Shown: in pieces, positions 1 to 9,101 of the stretch
Numbering within the stretch: the first letter of the stretch is position 1
Layout: every line of letters begins with the position of its first letter
Assembly (NCBI GenBank): GCA_040878005.1
Contig: JBBDMW010000023.1
Span: 45,376-109,375 of the forward strand
Length of the DNA stretch: 64,000 nucleotides
Source: Dehalococcoidia bacterium
GTDB lineage: Bacteria > Chloroflexota > Dehalococcoidia > Lucifugimonadales > Lucifugimonadaceae
Direction of reading: 5' to 3'
The notes under the pieces: model-generated
What the model saw: the letters and a program-made list of their open reading frames with translations, nothing else
What the model was told of the DNA's origin: nothing
Databases searched by the model: none
Made by a program: the position numbers and the translations under genes

Positions 1-809
1 GGATCCTGCGGGAAGCTGCTGCCATTCGTGCATATGCTCCCGCGTTGCCACCCGGCACCATCCCGCGGCTCATCTTCTCTGATGAGGACAACTTCGTCAT
101 AGGGATCGAAAAGGTGGAGCCGCCCGCTGTTCTCTGGAAGGACGATATTCTCGGCGGAGAGGTTTCAGATCGTCATGCCACGGTCGCCGGGGAATCGCTC
201 GCCCTGATGCACGCGGCGTCGCCGCAGCCGGGCGACAGGGCATTGCTTTCGGACCTGGGACACTTGGAGGAGTTGAGGATCCACCCGTATCTCACGCATA
301 CCGCGCAGGCTCACCCTGATTTAGCCGAATATTTCTCAGTGGCCACGGATTGCCTGCTCGCCGGCGGATCAGCACTGGTTCATGGGGATTTCGCTCCGAA
401 GAACATCTTTATCCGGGACCGGGAGCCGTTCCTGACGATACTGGACTTCGAGGTTGCCCATGTCGGTAACCCTGCGCTTGACCTTGCCTTCTTCCTGACC
501 CACCTGGTCTTGAAGGCGATCCACCTGCCGGACCTTTCCGGGCACCTTTACCAGTCAGCGTTGAGTTTCTGGACCGGATACCGGAGTACGGGAGAACCTG
601 GTCTGCCTGCGGGCCTGGAGAATGATGCGTCGCTCCTGTTGCCGTGTCTTATTGCTGCGCGTGTGGACGGCCTGTCGCCGGTGGAGTACCTGGCTGGTTC
701 GGAGGCGCAACTGGCGCGTGACATGGCCCGCCGACTGCTTGAGTTGAGTGCCACGAGTGTCGAGACGTCGCTTGTGGCTGCGTTTGACGTTGATGCGACC
801 AGGGCCTGA
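1..809 (+). CDS. APH/MtnK-like small-molecule kinase (protein-kinase-like fold), 5'-truncated by the window edge
   Basis: The frame is open from nt 3. It has a catalytic-loop-like 'LVHGDFAPKNIFI' and 'ILDFEVAHVGNPALDLAFF', typical of the aminoglycoside/methylthioribose-kinase fold. The stop lies 9 nt before the next gene. Confidence 0.7.
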   Translation, partial: ILREAAAIRAYAPALPPGTIPRLIFSDEDNFVIGIEKVEPPAVLWKDDILGGEVSDRHATVAGESLALMHAASPQPGDRALLSDLGHLEELRIHPYLTHTAQAHPDLAEYFSVATDCLLAGGSALVHGDFAPKNIFIRDREPFLTILDFEVAHVGNPALDLAFFLTHLVLKAIHLPDLSGHLYQSALSFWTGYRSTGEPGLPAGLENDASLLLPCLIAARVDGLSPVEYLAGSEAQLARDMARRLLELSATSVETSLVAAFDVDATRA

Positions 810-818
810 GAGGTACCT

Positions 819-2138
819 ATGACCACTTCGACAAGATTCGAGCGAGTTGTTGCGAGGGAAGTGCTGGACTCGCGTGGGCGGCCCACTGTGGAAGTGGATG
901 TTCGATTGGTAGGCGGGGCCACCGGCAGGGCAATGGTGCCATCAGGAGCATCGACCGGCAAACATGAGGCGCTGGAGCTTCGCGATCATGACTCTGGCCG
1001 CTACAACGGCCTGGGCGTTACGGTCGCGGTCGGCAATGTGAATACGGTTATTGGCCCGGCTCTGGCGGAGAGCGAGTTGCGAGCAACCGACCAGGCGGCA
1101 GTGGACCGGATGTTGATCGACATTGACAGCACTGTCAGCAAGTCAAACCTGGGCGCCAACGCACTGCTCGGCGTATCCATGGCCACTGCGCGGGCGGGCG
1201 CAGCGGCTGAAGGGGTGCCACTGTATCGGTACCTGGGTGGCCTTACTGGCGGTGTAGGTGTAATAGAGCCGCGGCTTCCGCTGATTACCGTGAACATCAT
1301 CAGCGGCGGAGCGCATGGCGGCCAGAACCTGGACATGCAGGACTTCCTCATCGTGCCGGTCGGTGCACCGGATTACAGGACATCGCTGGAGTGGAGCACC
1401 CGCGTGCGCCAGTCGGTGGCGGCTTTGCTTGAAGCGCAGGGGCATCACACGCACCTCGTGGCCGATGAGGGAGGCCTCGCTCCATTTCTCAGTTCCCACA
1501 AACAGGCCCTTGACGTGATTGTCGCCGGGATAGAACGTGCTGGTTTACGACCGGGGCGGGACGCCGATGTGGCGATAGCGATAGACGTGGCTGCTACTGA
1601 GTTTTACAACGGGAATGAATACGTGCTGGCGACTGAGTCCAGCCGGTTGGACGCCGCAGGCTTGATAGAAGTCCTGGCGAGTTGGACTGAGCAGTATCCG
1701 GTGGTCTCCATAGAGGATGGCCTGGCCGAAGATGACTGGGATGGGTGGAAGGCCCTGACGGAACGTATCGGCGACCGGACGCTGCTGATAGGGGATGATC
1801 TTTTTACTACCAACCCCGGCAGGCTTCAACGCGGCGTCGAGACGGGAGCAGCCAACGGTGTGCTGGTGAAGCTGAACCAGATCGGGACGTTAACAGAGAC
1901 CCTGCAGGTAATCGAAGACGCACGACAGGCGGGGTACATACCTGTGGTCTCTGCACGGTCTGGCGAAACGGAGGATGCGTTCATAGCCGACCTGGCGGTG
2001 GGTGTTGCCGCGCCGCAGTTCAAGGTTGGCTCCACCACACGCTCAGAGCGGACGGCCAAGTGGAACCAGTTGCTCAGGATTGAGGAGGAGTTGGGGGCTG
2101 GGGCCGCGTACGCAGGAAGGGACGCGTTCGGGCGGTAG
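819..2138 (+). CDS. eno: Enolase-family protein (phosphopyruvate hydratase homologue) with two atypical active-site residues
   Basis: Collinear enolase motifs: 'SGASTGKHEALELRD', 'GANALLGVSMA', 'VADEGG', 'SIEDGLAEDDWDGW', 'GDDLFTTN', 'VKLNQIGTLTET', 'RSGETEDAFIADLAV', 'AKWNQLLRIEEELG'. A GAGAGG RBS precedes the ATG. It reads 'QDF' where 'QEF' is expected and 'SARSGETED' where 'SHRSGETED' is expected. Confidence 0.85.
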   Translation: MTTSTRFERVVAREVLDSRGRPTVEVDVRLVGGATGRAMVPSGASTGKHEALELRDHDSGRYNGLGVTVAVGNVNTVIGPALAESELRATDQAAVDRMLIDIDSTVSKSNLGANALLGVSMATARAGAAAEGVPLYRYLGGLTGGVGVIEPRLPLITVNIISGGAHGGQNLDMQDFLIVPVGAPDYRTSLEWSTRVRQSVAALLEAQGHHTHLVADEGGLAPFLSSHKQALDVIVAGIERAGLRPGRDADVAIAIDVAATEFYNGNEYVLATESSRLDAAGLIEVLASWTEQYPVVSIEDGLAEDDWDGWKALTERIGDRTLLIGDDLFTTNPGRLQRGVETGAANGVLVKLNQIGTLTETLQVIEDARQAGYIPVVSARSGETEDAFIADLAVGVAAPQFKVGSTTRSERTAKWNQLLRIEEELGAGAAYAGRDAFGR

Positions 2139-2288
2139 TCACCTGTCACGGTCGGGAGCGTCCAGGCAAAGCTTGGAGTTTGTCACATGCTGAACATTTG
2201 TCCAAAGCTGGTTGTCTCGCCTTGTCCGAACTTATCTGAATGCGAATCCAGCGTTCGACAACCTACAACTCAGTGAGAAGGGAGCAAC

Positions 2289-2762
2289 ATGGCCCTTGGC
2301 AAATCGAAGGCAGACAACGACGAAAGCGCGGCGCGCTCCCTCTATGAAGAGTTGTTGGGCTGTTGGAATAGGCGCGACGCGGAAGGGTACGCCGCCCTTC
2401 TAGCCGAGGACGGCAACCTGGTTGGATTTGACGGCAGCATGATGGATGGCCCCTCAGGCGGGAGATCATCTCTCGCCGGGACCTTCGCCCATCGCCCTAC
2501 GGCGGAATATGTGTGGAAAGTGAGAGAGGTGCGGTTTCTAGATCCTCAGGTTGCCGTCCTTCGCTCCGTCGCTGGCATGGTGCCGCCAGGGCAATCCGAT
2601 TTGAACACCGAAGCCAATGCAGTTCAAACATTGGTCGCCGAAAAGGGCGGTGACCGGTGGGACACCGCAATGTTTCAAGATACCCCGGCAGCATTTTACG
2701 GTCGTCCGGGACTAAGCGAGGCGTTGACAGAAGAGTTGCGGCAGTTGCTCCGCACTCCCTGA
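2289..2762 (+). CDS. SgcJ/EcaC-like NTF2-fold protein (DUF4440/SnoaL-like)
   Basis: The N-terminus 'ARSLYEELLGCWNRRDAEGYAALLAEDGNLVGFDG' and the later 'VRFLDPQVAVL' follow the usual SgcJ/EcaC pattern. A GAAGGGAG RBS lies upstream. Confidence 0.65.
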   Translation: MALGKSKADNDESAARSLYEELLGCWNRRDAEGYAALLAEDGNLVGFDGSMMDGPSGGRSSLAGTFAHRPTAEYVWKVREVRFLDPQVAVLRSVAGMVPPGQSDLNTEANAVQTLVAEKGGDRWDTAMFQDTPAAFYGRPGLSEALTEELRQLLRTP

Positions 2763-3014
2763 TCTGGCCTGACGTAGTCTTTGACTCTTGATGCTACAAG
2801 GATGGGTGATCAGACTTGTAGCGGCCACGGTGAGAGATCGGCTTCATGGCGAGCACTGTCAAACCTTGAAGGTTTTACAGTGACGGAGTGGTGGAGTCGA
2901 GGTTTTAAAAGGTAGAACCGTTGTGGATCGGTTTGGGCTGCCTCGTCTGGGACATGAAGCTGAGCGTTAATGTCATTGACCGGAGTGTGCCTCCCTGCAG
3001 AAGTGCTGGCCGTA

Positions 3015-6000
3015 CTACCTGGAGATTCCTACTCGAACAGCGAACCTCGTCGCACCTGCCCGGTCTGTTACTCCCAGCACACGGTAGAGCCTGGCGAGAC
3101 GGTTCTTGATCGTTCCTGTTGCGAAGTTGTACATATCAGCGATCTCCGCATTGCTGAGACCTGATGCCATGGCGCGGAGGATGTCAACGTCTTTCACTGA
3201 CAGTTGATCGAGAACGGCCTGCTCTGCCTCCGTTGGGCCCAACTGTGACAGTGGGATCTGTGTAAGGAACTCAGAAAGGACCGATGGATCGACTACCGCG
3301 CCACCAGACGCCACATGGCTGACCGCGTCGATGAGGCGTGACGGAGATATCCCTTTCAGGAGGAAAGCAGGAGTGCCCAATGCAACAGCCTGCTTGAACA
3401 ATCCTGATCCCCTGGCATCACTCAGTATTACAGTGGAACTGATGGATGGTTCCTGTTTTAGCGCTGCGAGCGTAGCAAGCTGATCTGGATTCCCGTCGTG
3501 GATATCCCACAAGATCACCCTGGCACCCAGTGGTTCGAACGCGTCCATGGCTGAACCAAGGTCCGAAAACTCTCCAACGATGTCGACCGGCGAATCCTTG
3601 AATGTATCCCGCAGGCCAGACCGGCACACCAAGTTTTCATCGGCCAGTATCAGCGTGATGCGCTCTTCGCTGTCCAAATTGGAATGATGCCGTTCCGCCC
3701 ACGTGTTGCTGGGGGGTTGTCCGTTCTTGTGAATCGGCGCATCCCATGCCGTGGCGTTGGTCATGGCGCCCGCCAGGGTTCCAACCAGCTGCTCGGCAAT
3801 ATCGATGTGACGTTCCTGGTATCGGTTTGCCTCACACGACCGGAAGTGAACTACGCCGACCACTGTCCCGCCGACAGATATTGGCAATGACAAAGCAGAA
3901 TTAAATCCACGCTCCAAGATAGCAATCCGCATACGGTCCCGTATTGAGCGAATTGCCTTCGTGGGTCCAGTCTCCTGGAAAACTATTGGCCGGCCCGTAC
4001 GGGCCATGAACTCCGTAACACTGCCGAACAGAGGAGCGGGTTTGTTTTGCATGGGGTATTCACGCTCATACCCTGATATGTAGGCGTGTTTGCTTGTGCC
4101 TTGCTTGAGATCTACCAGCCTTATAGCGATTCTGTCTGACGGCACCAACAACCTGGCGTGCTTTGCGAACTGTTCGTATACCTGCTGGATGTCGCTTGAG
4201 TGTCCTATGGTTCGAGTCAGCTCGGCCAGCATTGACCGTTCTCCCGCATCAGTCTGGACAGTCTCGTAGGTGTTTATGTTGTCGATCGCCGGCCCCGCCA
4301 GACCGGCCACTCGCTCCATGAGGCGGAGTTGCGCATCTCCGTAAGCGTTGTGATTCATGCTCTTCAATGAGAGTGATCCAACCAAGCGGTTGCGGGACCG
4401 CAGAGGCACCTGCAGACAGGAGTTCAGTCCTGCCTGTCTGCTGCTTTCCATGTCTTGAGAGCGTTCCGCTAAACCAGCATCCAACGGGCCATACCTGGCT
4501 GAGAACATTTCGCTCCAACCGGAGGCCCAGCGCGGGTTCGCGCCAGTTGTGAAAACCGTTTGCTCCTCAAGTCCAGGGACAGGAATTCCTCTCGCGAATG
4601 CACAAGTGATAGCAGAGCGTTGCTCATCACATATGAAGACTTCAAGCCTGTCGAACGGCATGAGCTTAGAAATGGCATCAAGAATGTGATCAAACGCCGT
4701 CTGTAAGCCCCTTGCACTTGAAAGAGTGCGTGCGAGTTCCACCAACGCCAAGGTTTCCCTGGCGTTTTCGTTCAAACGACGGTGACTCTCAGTGTTTGCC
4801 AGAGCACCAGCGATCTGAGATGCGATTCGTTCAGCCACAACGAGGTCTTGATCTGAGTAAAGGCCTTCTGCCCTTGCCCTGAGAACCAGCGACCCAATGG
4901 TGCGGTTCTTGTGGACGATTGGTACCGCGAGTGTGGATTTCAACCCGGCCATGAGGACTGGCCGCATGCTGGAGAACCCCTCCTCAGGTGTCTCGATAAT
5001 TTTTGGTGTCACTATCAAGCCCTGAGTTCTTTCTCCTATCACCTCTGCGGCCGTCCCAGAAACTGGCCGGGGTTTCAAGACGGCGTCGGACTGCATATCA
5101 GTGCCCAGGCGGTGTTCGGAGGTGATTGTCCCATCGTTCAGATCAAGCACCCTCAATATGATCCGGTCAAAGGGGATGAGCTTACGAATGGATTCGGCCA
5201 ACCTAGGAAACACTTCTGATAGGTCAGGAGCGTAGGCTGCGATTCGGCCCAAGTTTGCGAGCTTGGATTTTTCTGAACCGTATGCCAGTGCTGATGAATG
5301 AGAGAAGGAGTTTGCCAGGGCTCCGGCGATCTGGTCCGCTACACGCTTAGCAAGGTTTCGTTCCCGATCTGAATAAGCATTTGGCTCAAAAGATCTCAAC
5401 GCCAGGATTGCGATGACCTCATCACGCCATATGATGGGCGCCAAGAGCAGTGATCGAAGATCGCCTGTAAGGCTGTAAGCCGGGTCACTCGTCCGCCACT
5501 CAACCTCCGACTCTCCATTGTCCTGGTAAATTGCCGGTGCGCGGCCAGATATCGCCGGCTCGTACACGCTGCGGGCGATCTTTATCTGAGTGCCTTTTTG
5601 CCACCCTTTTACCTGCGCGCCAGATATAAACGACCTAACCAGGACGCCGTTGCGATCATCTACGCGTGCAATGGCGATACGGTCGAAGGTGAGCAGCCGT
5701 TGCAGATGGGCTGCGAACTGTTCGAATATCTCTTCCGTGTTGAGGGACGAATGGATTATCTGTGCAGCGCCTTCCAGCAAGTCATCTTCGGCTTTTTCGC
5801 GTTGGGACGTTTCACGATCCTGGTCGAATTCAACAGCCAGTCCGATCAACCCTGCAATGGTGCTCATGAACTGAAGCTCACCAGACGCAAAGTGGCCGGG
5901 GATCAATGAAAATGCTGCAAGCACGCCCACTGGCCCTCGATGCGTTACTACCGGAACCGTGGCTCCGCTCGCAAGCCCATGATCTGCCAGGGGGCTATCA

Positions 6001-6395
6001 GAAGCCGCCAGCTTTTCCATCAAGTCATCTGTAGACGCCACCGAGGCGTTCTCCAACAGGGGATCGCTTCCCGCTTCCGGGTATCCGGCCGCGGTTAACA
6101 CAACATCGCCGGGGCGACAAAACGGCTCACCCCAGTCTGAGCGCACTGCCAGATCACCGGAGGAGGGCTGAAGTTCCAGCCATGCCGCATAACTCGCTGA
6201 AAGGCATCCGCCCAATCGCTCGACGGCTATTCGGGTAATGGCATCCAGATGTGCCTGGTCCGCCAAGCACTGAACGAGATCATTAATTACGCTTGTCTGT
6301 GCTGATAGCAGCTCCTGGGCGCGGAACGTTGGCAACTGGCTTGTGTCGCCATCAGTCAGCCCGTCAAGTGTCAAGCGTTGAATGGAGCGTTTCAC
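3015..6395 (-). CDS. Multi-domain regulator: five GAF domains, then a receiver (REC) domain, then a LuxR/NarL-type HTH
   Basis: The C-terminal 'LSVKDVDILRAMASGLSNAEIADMYNFATGTIKNRLARLYRVLGV' is a LuxR HTH. It is preceded by a REC-like 'ITLILADENLVCRSGL...VILWDIHDG...VILSD...LLKG'. Upstream are five repeats that each end in a 'QIAGALAN'-like helix. GTG start with a GGAG RBS 7 nt upstream. Confidence 0.85.
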   Translation of the reverse strand: MKRSIQRLTLDGLTDGDTSQLPTFRAQELLSAQTSVINDLVQCLADQAHLDAITRIAVERLGGCLSASYAAWLELQPSSGDLAVRSDWGEPFCRPGDVVLTAAGYPEAGSDPLLENASVASTDDLMEKLAASDSPLADHGLASGATVPVVTHRGPVGVLAAFSLIPGHFASGELQFMSTIAGLIGLAVEFDQDRETSQREKAEDDLLEGAAQIIHSSLNTEEIFEQFAAHLQRLLTFDRIAIARVDDRNGVLVRSFISGAQVKGWQKGTQIKIARSVYEPAISGRAPAIYQDNGESEVEWRTSDPAYSLTGDLRSLLLAPIIWRDEVIAILALRSFEPNAYSDRERNLAKRVADQIAGALANSFSHSSALAYGSEKSKLANLGRIAAYAPDLSEVFPRLAESIRKLIPFDRIILRVLDLNDGTITSEHRLGTDMQSDAVLKPRPVSGTAAEVIGERTQGLIVTPKIIETPEEGFSSMRPVLMAGLKSTLAVPIVHKNRTIGSLVLRARAEGLYSDQDLVVAERIASQIAGALANTESHRRLNENARETLALVELARTLSSARGLQTAFDHILDAISKLMPFDRLEVFICDEQRSAITCAFARGIPVPGLEEQTVFTTGANPRWASGWSEMFSARYGPLDAGLAERSQDMESSRQAGLNSCLQVPLRSRNRLVGSLSLKSMNHNAYGDAQLRLMERVAGLAGPAIDNINTYETVQTDAGERSMLAELTRTIGHSSDIQQVYEQFAKHARLLVPSDRIAIRLVDLKQGTSKHAYISGYEREYPMQNKPAPLFGSVTEFMARTGRPIVFQETGPTKAIRSIRDRMRIAILERGFNSALSLPISVGGTVVGVVHFRSCEANRYQERHIDIAEQLVGTLAGAMTNATAWDAPIHKNGQPPSNTWAERHHSNLDSEERITLILADENLVCRSGLRDTFKDSPVDIVGEFSDLGSAMDAFEPLGARVILWDIHDGNPDQLATLAALKQEPSISSTVILSDARGSGLFKQAVALGTPAFLLKGISPSRLIDAVSHVASGGAVVDPSVLSEFLTQIPLSQLGPTEAEQAVLDQLSVKDVDILRAMASGLSNAEIADMYNFATGTIKNRLARLYRVLGVTDRAGATRFAVRVGISR

Positions 6396-7085
6396 GTTAC
6401 GTCTCCGCCTTATGCCGCGATCATTTAAGTATCAGAGTGCGAGGTAAGGCTCATGGCGAGTGTTTTAGGTTAACGAAGCCGAGCCGTCCGGAGATTTGTA
6501 TCCGGTCATACGTTGAGTCGATTTGAGTACGGCTTCAAATACGTCCGTGCCAGAATTCGCAGATTATGGCATACATTCCGGCGTGCTTGGGTTGCTTGTG
6601 TAAGGCGACATTGCCATGAGTGGAACCAGCGCCGGCGTCGTTCAGCACGTGACCCGCTACTTCTAGTCACCGGGCGCCTTGCCTACCAGGTGCAGTGGCA
6701 TTGAATGATACCGGGCATGTGCTGGTGACTGGAGTAACCATGAAACGGTGCCAGGCGGCACTTCCCATAGATGTGGATGGTGCGTAAGTTCCGGTTCATG
6801 AGCTAGATGTGCGCCTTAAGCCCCACGAGCTCGACTTGGACTTGGTGTGGTCAGTTTCGCGGGGACTTTCGCAGGCTGTCTGCATAGGCGGCTGAGGTGA
6901 TTGTTGTGCCTGTGAGCGAATTGATTCGCACCGCAGTTTGGCAGGCCCGGCTCCAAGTCACTCTGCGCAATGTGGCAATGAAATGAACTGATTTGGCTTG
7001 AAGCAAATTGCCGGTGACCCGAAAAGTTAACGTTGCCGGCGAGAAACCTGGCTTGTTTTATCGAATACGGATTACGGAGGCGATT

Positions 7086-8879
7086 ATGCGTCAAGATTGG
7101 CGCCGAATGACCACACTGGTCCCCTTGATGATTGTTGGACTGGCTGCACTGGCGCTTGCCGCCTGCGGCGGCGATGAGCCAGGCACGGATCCAACAGCTA
7201 CTGCGACGGCCCCGGCTGAGGCCACGTCCACCCCGGATGGCGAGAGCACTCCCGGGACCGCTGACCCTACTGCTACCTCGGAGATCACCGAACCAGGGCA
7301 GCAGTCTGGCACCCTTGTACACGGCTCAAGTGAGGTGGGGGCTGCCAGCTTCGTGCCTTTCCTTGGCGCAGTGAGCGATACATATGGATTCCGGGAACCG
7401 CTGGTCTGGCGGGATACCGCACCCATTCCGCGTCTCGGCGATGTGAGGCCGGATCAGAGCATCGCTGAAGCGTGGGAAGTCGATCCGGACGGCAGCAAGA
7501 TCACGTTTACGATTCGGGAGGGCGTGCCTTTCCACAAAGGTTGGGGTGACGTCACGGCTGAGGACGTGGCGTGGAGCCACAACAACGGTCTTGCTGAGGC
7601 GAACCTCAACAACCGTTCGGGTTTCATTGGCGAGTACATCGACCGATGGGAAGCGATAGATGAACGTACAGCGGTAATGCACGTGGAACAGCCACTCAGT
7701 GTCCGGTGGGACGTTGAGATGTCGAACCAGTGGCGTCAGACCATTGCCATCAGCAGCAAGAAGGCTTATGACGAGCTGGGCGAAGAAGCCGCAAACCTTG
7801 AGTTTGCCGGAACGGGTCCGTTCGAGGTCACCCGTTGGACCACGAACGAGATCATTGAGGCGGACGCTCTCCCCGAGCACTATCGCGAAACTGCCAGGGT
7901 TGCTCATTTCAGGGTAGTTGCCATCCCGGAGATATCCAGCATGGTGGCTGCCCTGCAAACCGGCGAGGTTCATATTGCCGAGGTTCCGGCCACGTCGGTT
8001 GCTGAGCTTGAGGAGGAAGGTATTACGAGGCGATCTTTGGGCGCAGGCACGGTGATGTACACGTCCTTCGGGGGCAACTACTGGGCGATGGAATACCAGG
8101 CGACTGGTGAGACAGTGTTCCCACGCCCCGGATTTAATCCTGACCTGCCGTGGATTGGCGATCCGCGCGATGAGGAGTCGATGGAGCGCGCCAGGAAAGT
8201 CCGGGAGGCGATGACAATCGCCATCAACCGTGATGAATTGAGTGAATTCGTCGAGGCAGGCTTATCATCGCCCGCTCATACTGCGGTTGGGTTTACACCA
8301 GAGGACCCACAGTGGAAGGACGAGTGGTTAAAGCCGTTTGACCCGGATCGAGCAAGGCAACTCCTGGCTGAAGCCGGGTACGAAGATGGCTTTCCGGTGC
8401 CGTTCTGGGCCGGCCGCAACATCAATGGCTACCCACAACTGGCGACAGTCATGGCTGCGCAGTGGAGCGATATTGGACTCAGGCCAAGCGTAGAGGTGAC
8501 CGCCTATGAGGTGTACCGCCCGAACCTGATCAACCGTGAAATGCCGATGCTGTACATCCACAACGACAAGCAGGGTGACCACGATGACCCCCGCGGCCGC
8601 TTGTGGAGCCCAGAGCCGGGTGGCGCCAACCGGGCTATCGAGATTTCAGATGAAATCTTGGAAGAGCACTACTACACTTCAGTTGTTGAACCCGACGCAT
8701 CAAAGCGGATTGAGCACAACGTGGCGCTTGAGGACTACATGAGCCACTGGCACCTGTTCGTTCCGATGGTCAACCGGACCAGGCACTACATGGTTAGGCC
8801 TGAGGTAACCCAGTGGGAGCCGTTCACTGAGAACTTCGGGAACTTCAACGCTCCCTGGACAGTGGTCTTGCAGGAGTAG
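7086..8879 (+). CDS. ABC transporter substrate-binding lipoprotein, family 5 (peptide/oligosaccharide/nickel type)
   Basis: A GGAGG RBS precedes the ATG at 7086. Signal peptide with lipobox 'LAALALAAC', followed by an acidic Pro/Thr-rich linker. Length and composition fit a family-5 SBP. It lies directly upstream of two DppB/C-like permeases. Confidence 0.8.
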   Translation: MRQDWRRMTTLVPLMIVGLAALALAACGGDEPGTDPTATATAPAEATSTPDGESTPGTADPTATSEITEPGQQSGTLVHGSSEVGAASFVPFLGAVSDTYGFREPLVWRDTAPIPRLGDVRPDQSIAEAWEVDPDGSKITFTIREGVPFHKGWGDVTAEDVAWSHNNGLAEANLNNRSGFIGEYIDRWEAIDERTAVMHVEQPLSVRWDVEMSNQWRQTIAISSKKAYDELGEEAANLEFAGTGPFEVTRWTTNEIIEADALPEHYRETARVAHFRVVAIPEISSMVAALQTGEVHIAEVPATSVAELEEEGITRRSLGAGTVMYTSFGGNYWAMEYQATGETVFPRPGFNPDLPWIGDPRDEESMERARKVREAMTIAINRDELSEFVEAGLSSPAHTAVGFTPEDPQWKDEWLKPFDPDRARQLLAEAGYEDGFPVPFWAGRNINGYPQLATVMAAQWSDIGLRPSVEVTAYEVYRPNLINREMPMLYIHNDKQGDHDDPRGRLWSPEPGGANRAIEISDEILEEHYYTSVVEPDASKRIEHNVALEDYMSHWHLFVPMVNRTRHYMVRPEVTQWEPFTENFGNFNAPWTVVLQE

Positions 8880-8898
8880 TAAGACTATCCCTCCATGC

Positions 8899-8943
8899 CA
8901 TGGGCAGCGGGCCATGCGGCCCTCCGGTGGTCCGCTGCCCATG
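8899..8943 (+). promoter_or_regulatory. Intercistronic stem-loop between the SBP and permease genes
   Basis: Perfect 12-bp inverted repeat: catgggcagcgg (8899-8910) pairs with ccgctgcccatg (8932-8943), with a 21-nt GC-rich loop. It starts 20 nt after the SBP stop. Confidence 0.6.
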
Positions 8944-9101
8944 AATTTCAGGGATGCCATGGTGAACATTGGTCGCCGGGCCTCGCCCAACGGCCCTCTG
9001 CTCACCTTTGAGACTCAGAGAACACTATCACTGCTCTGTTATGCCATTAATGACAGTCCCATATCATTTCGCCGCGGCATATTCAGTCGCCTGGTGCAGC
9101 G

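Noticed and set aside
1-6. The window begins with GGATCC (BamHI) and ends in GATC, which could suggest a cloned fosmid or BAC insert boundary.
   Set aside because: The end coordinate is fixed by the window length. A single 6-mer at the start is weak evidence and has no biological meaning for the organism.
6513-6704. 63-aa Arg-rich ORF, and other short ORFs, in the long intergenic region.
   Set aside because: It has no RBS and an arginine/tryptophan-rich composition typical of random frames in GC-rich DNA.
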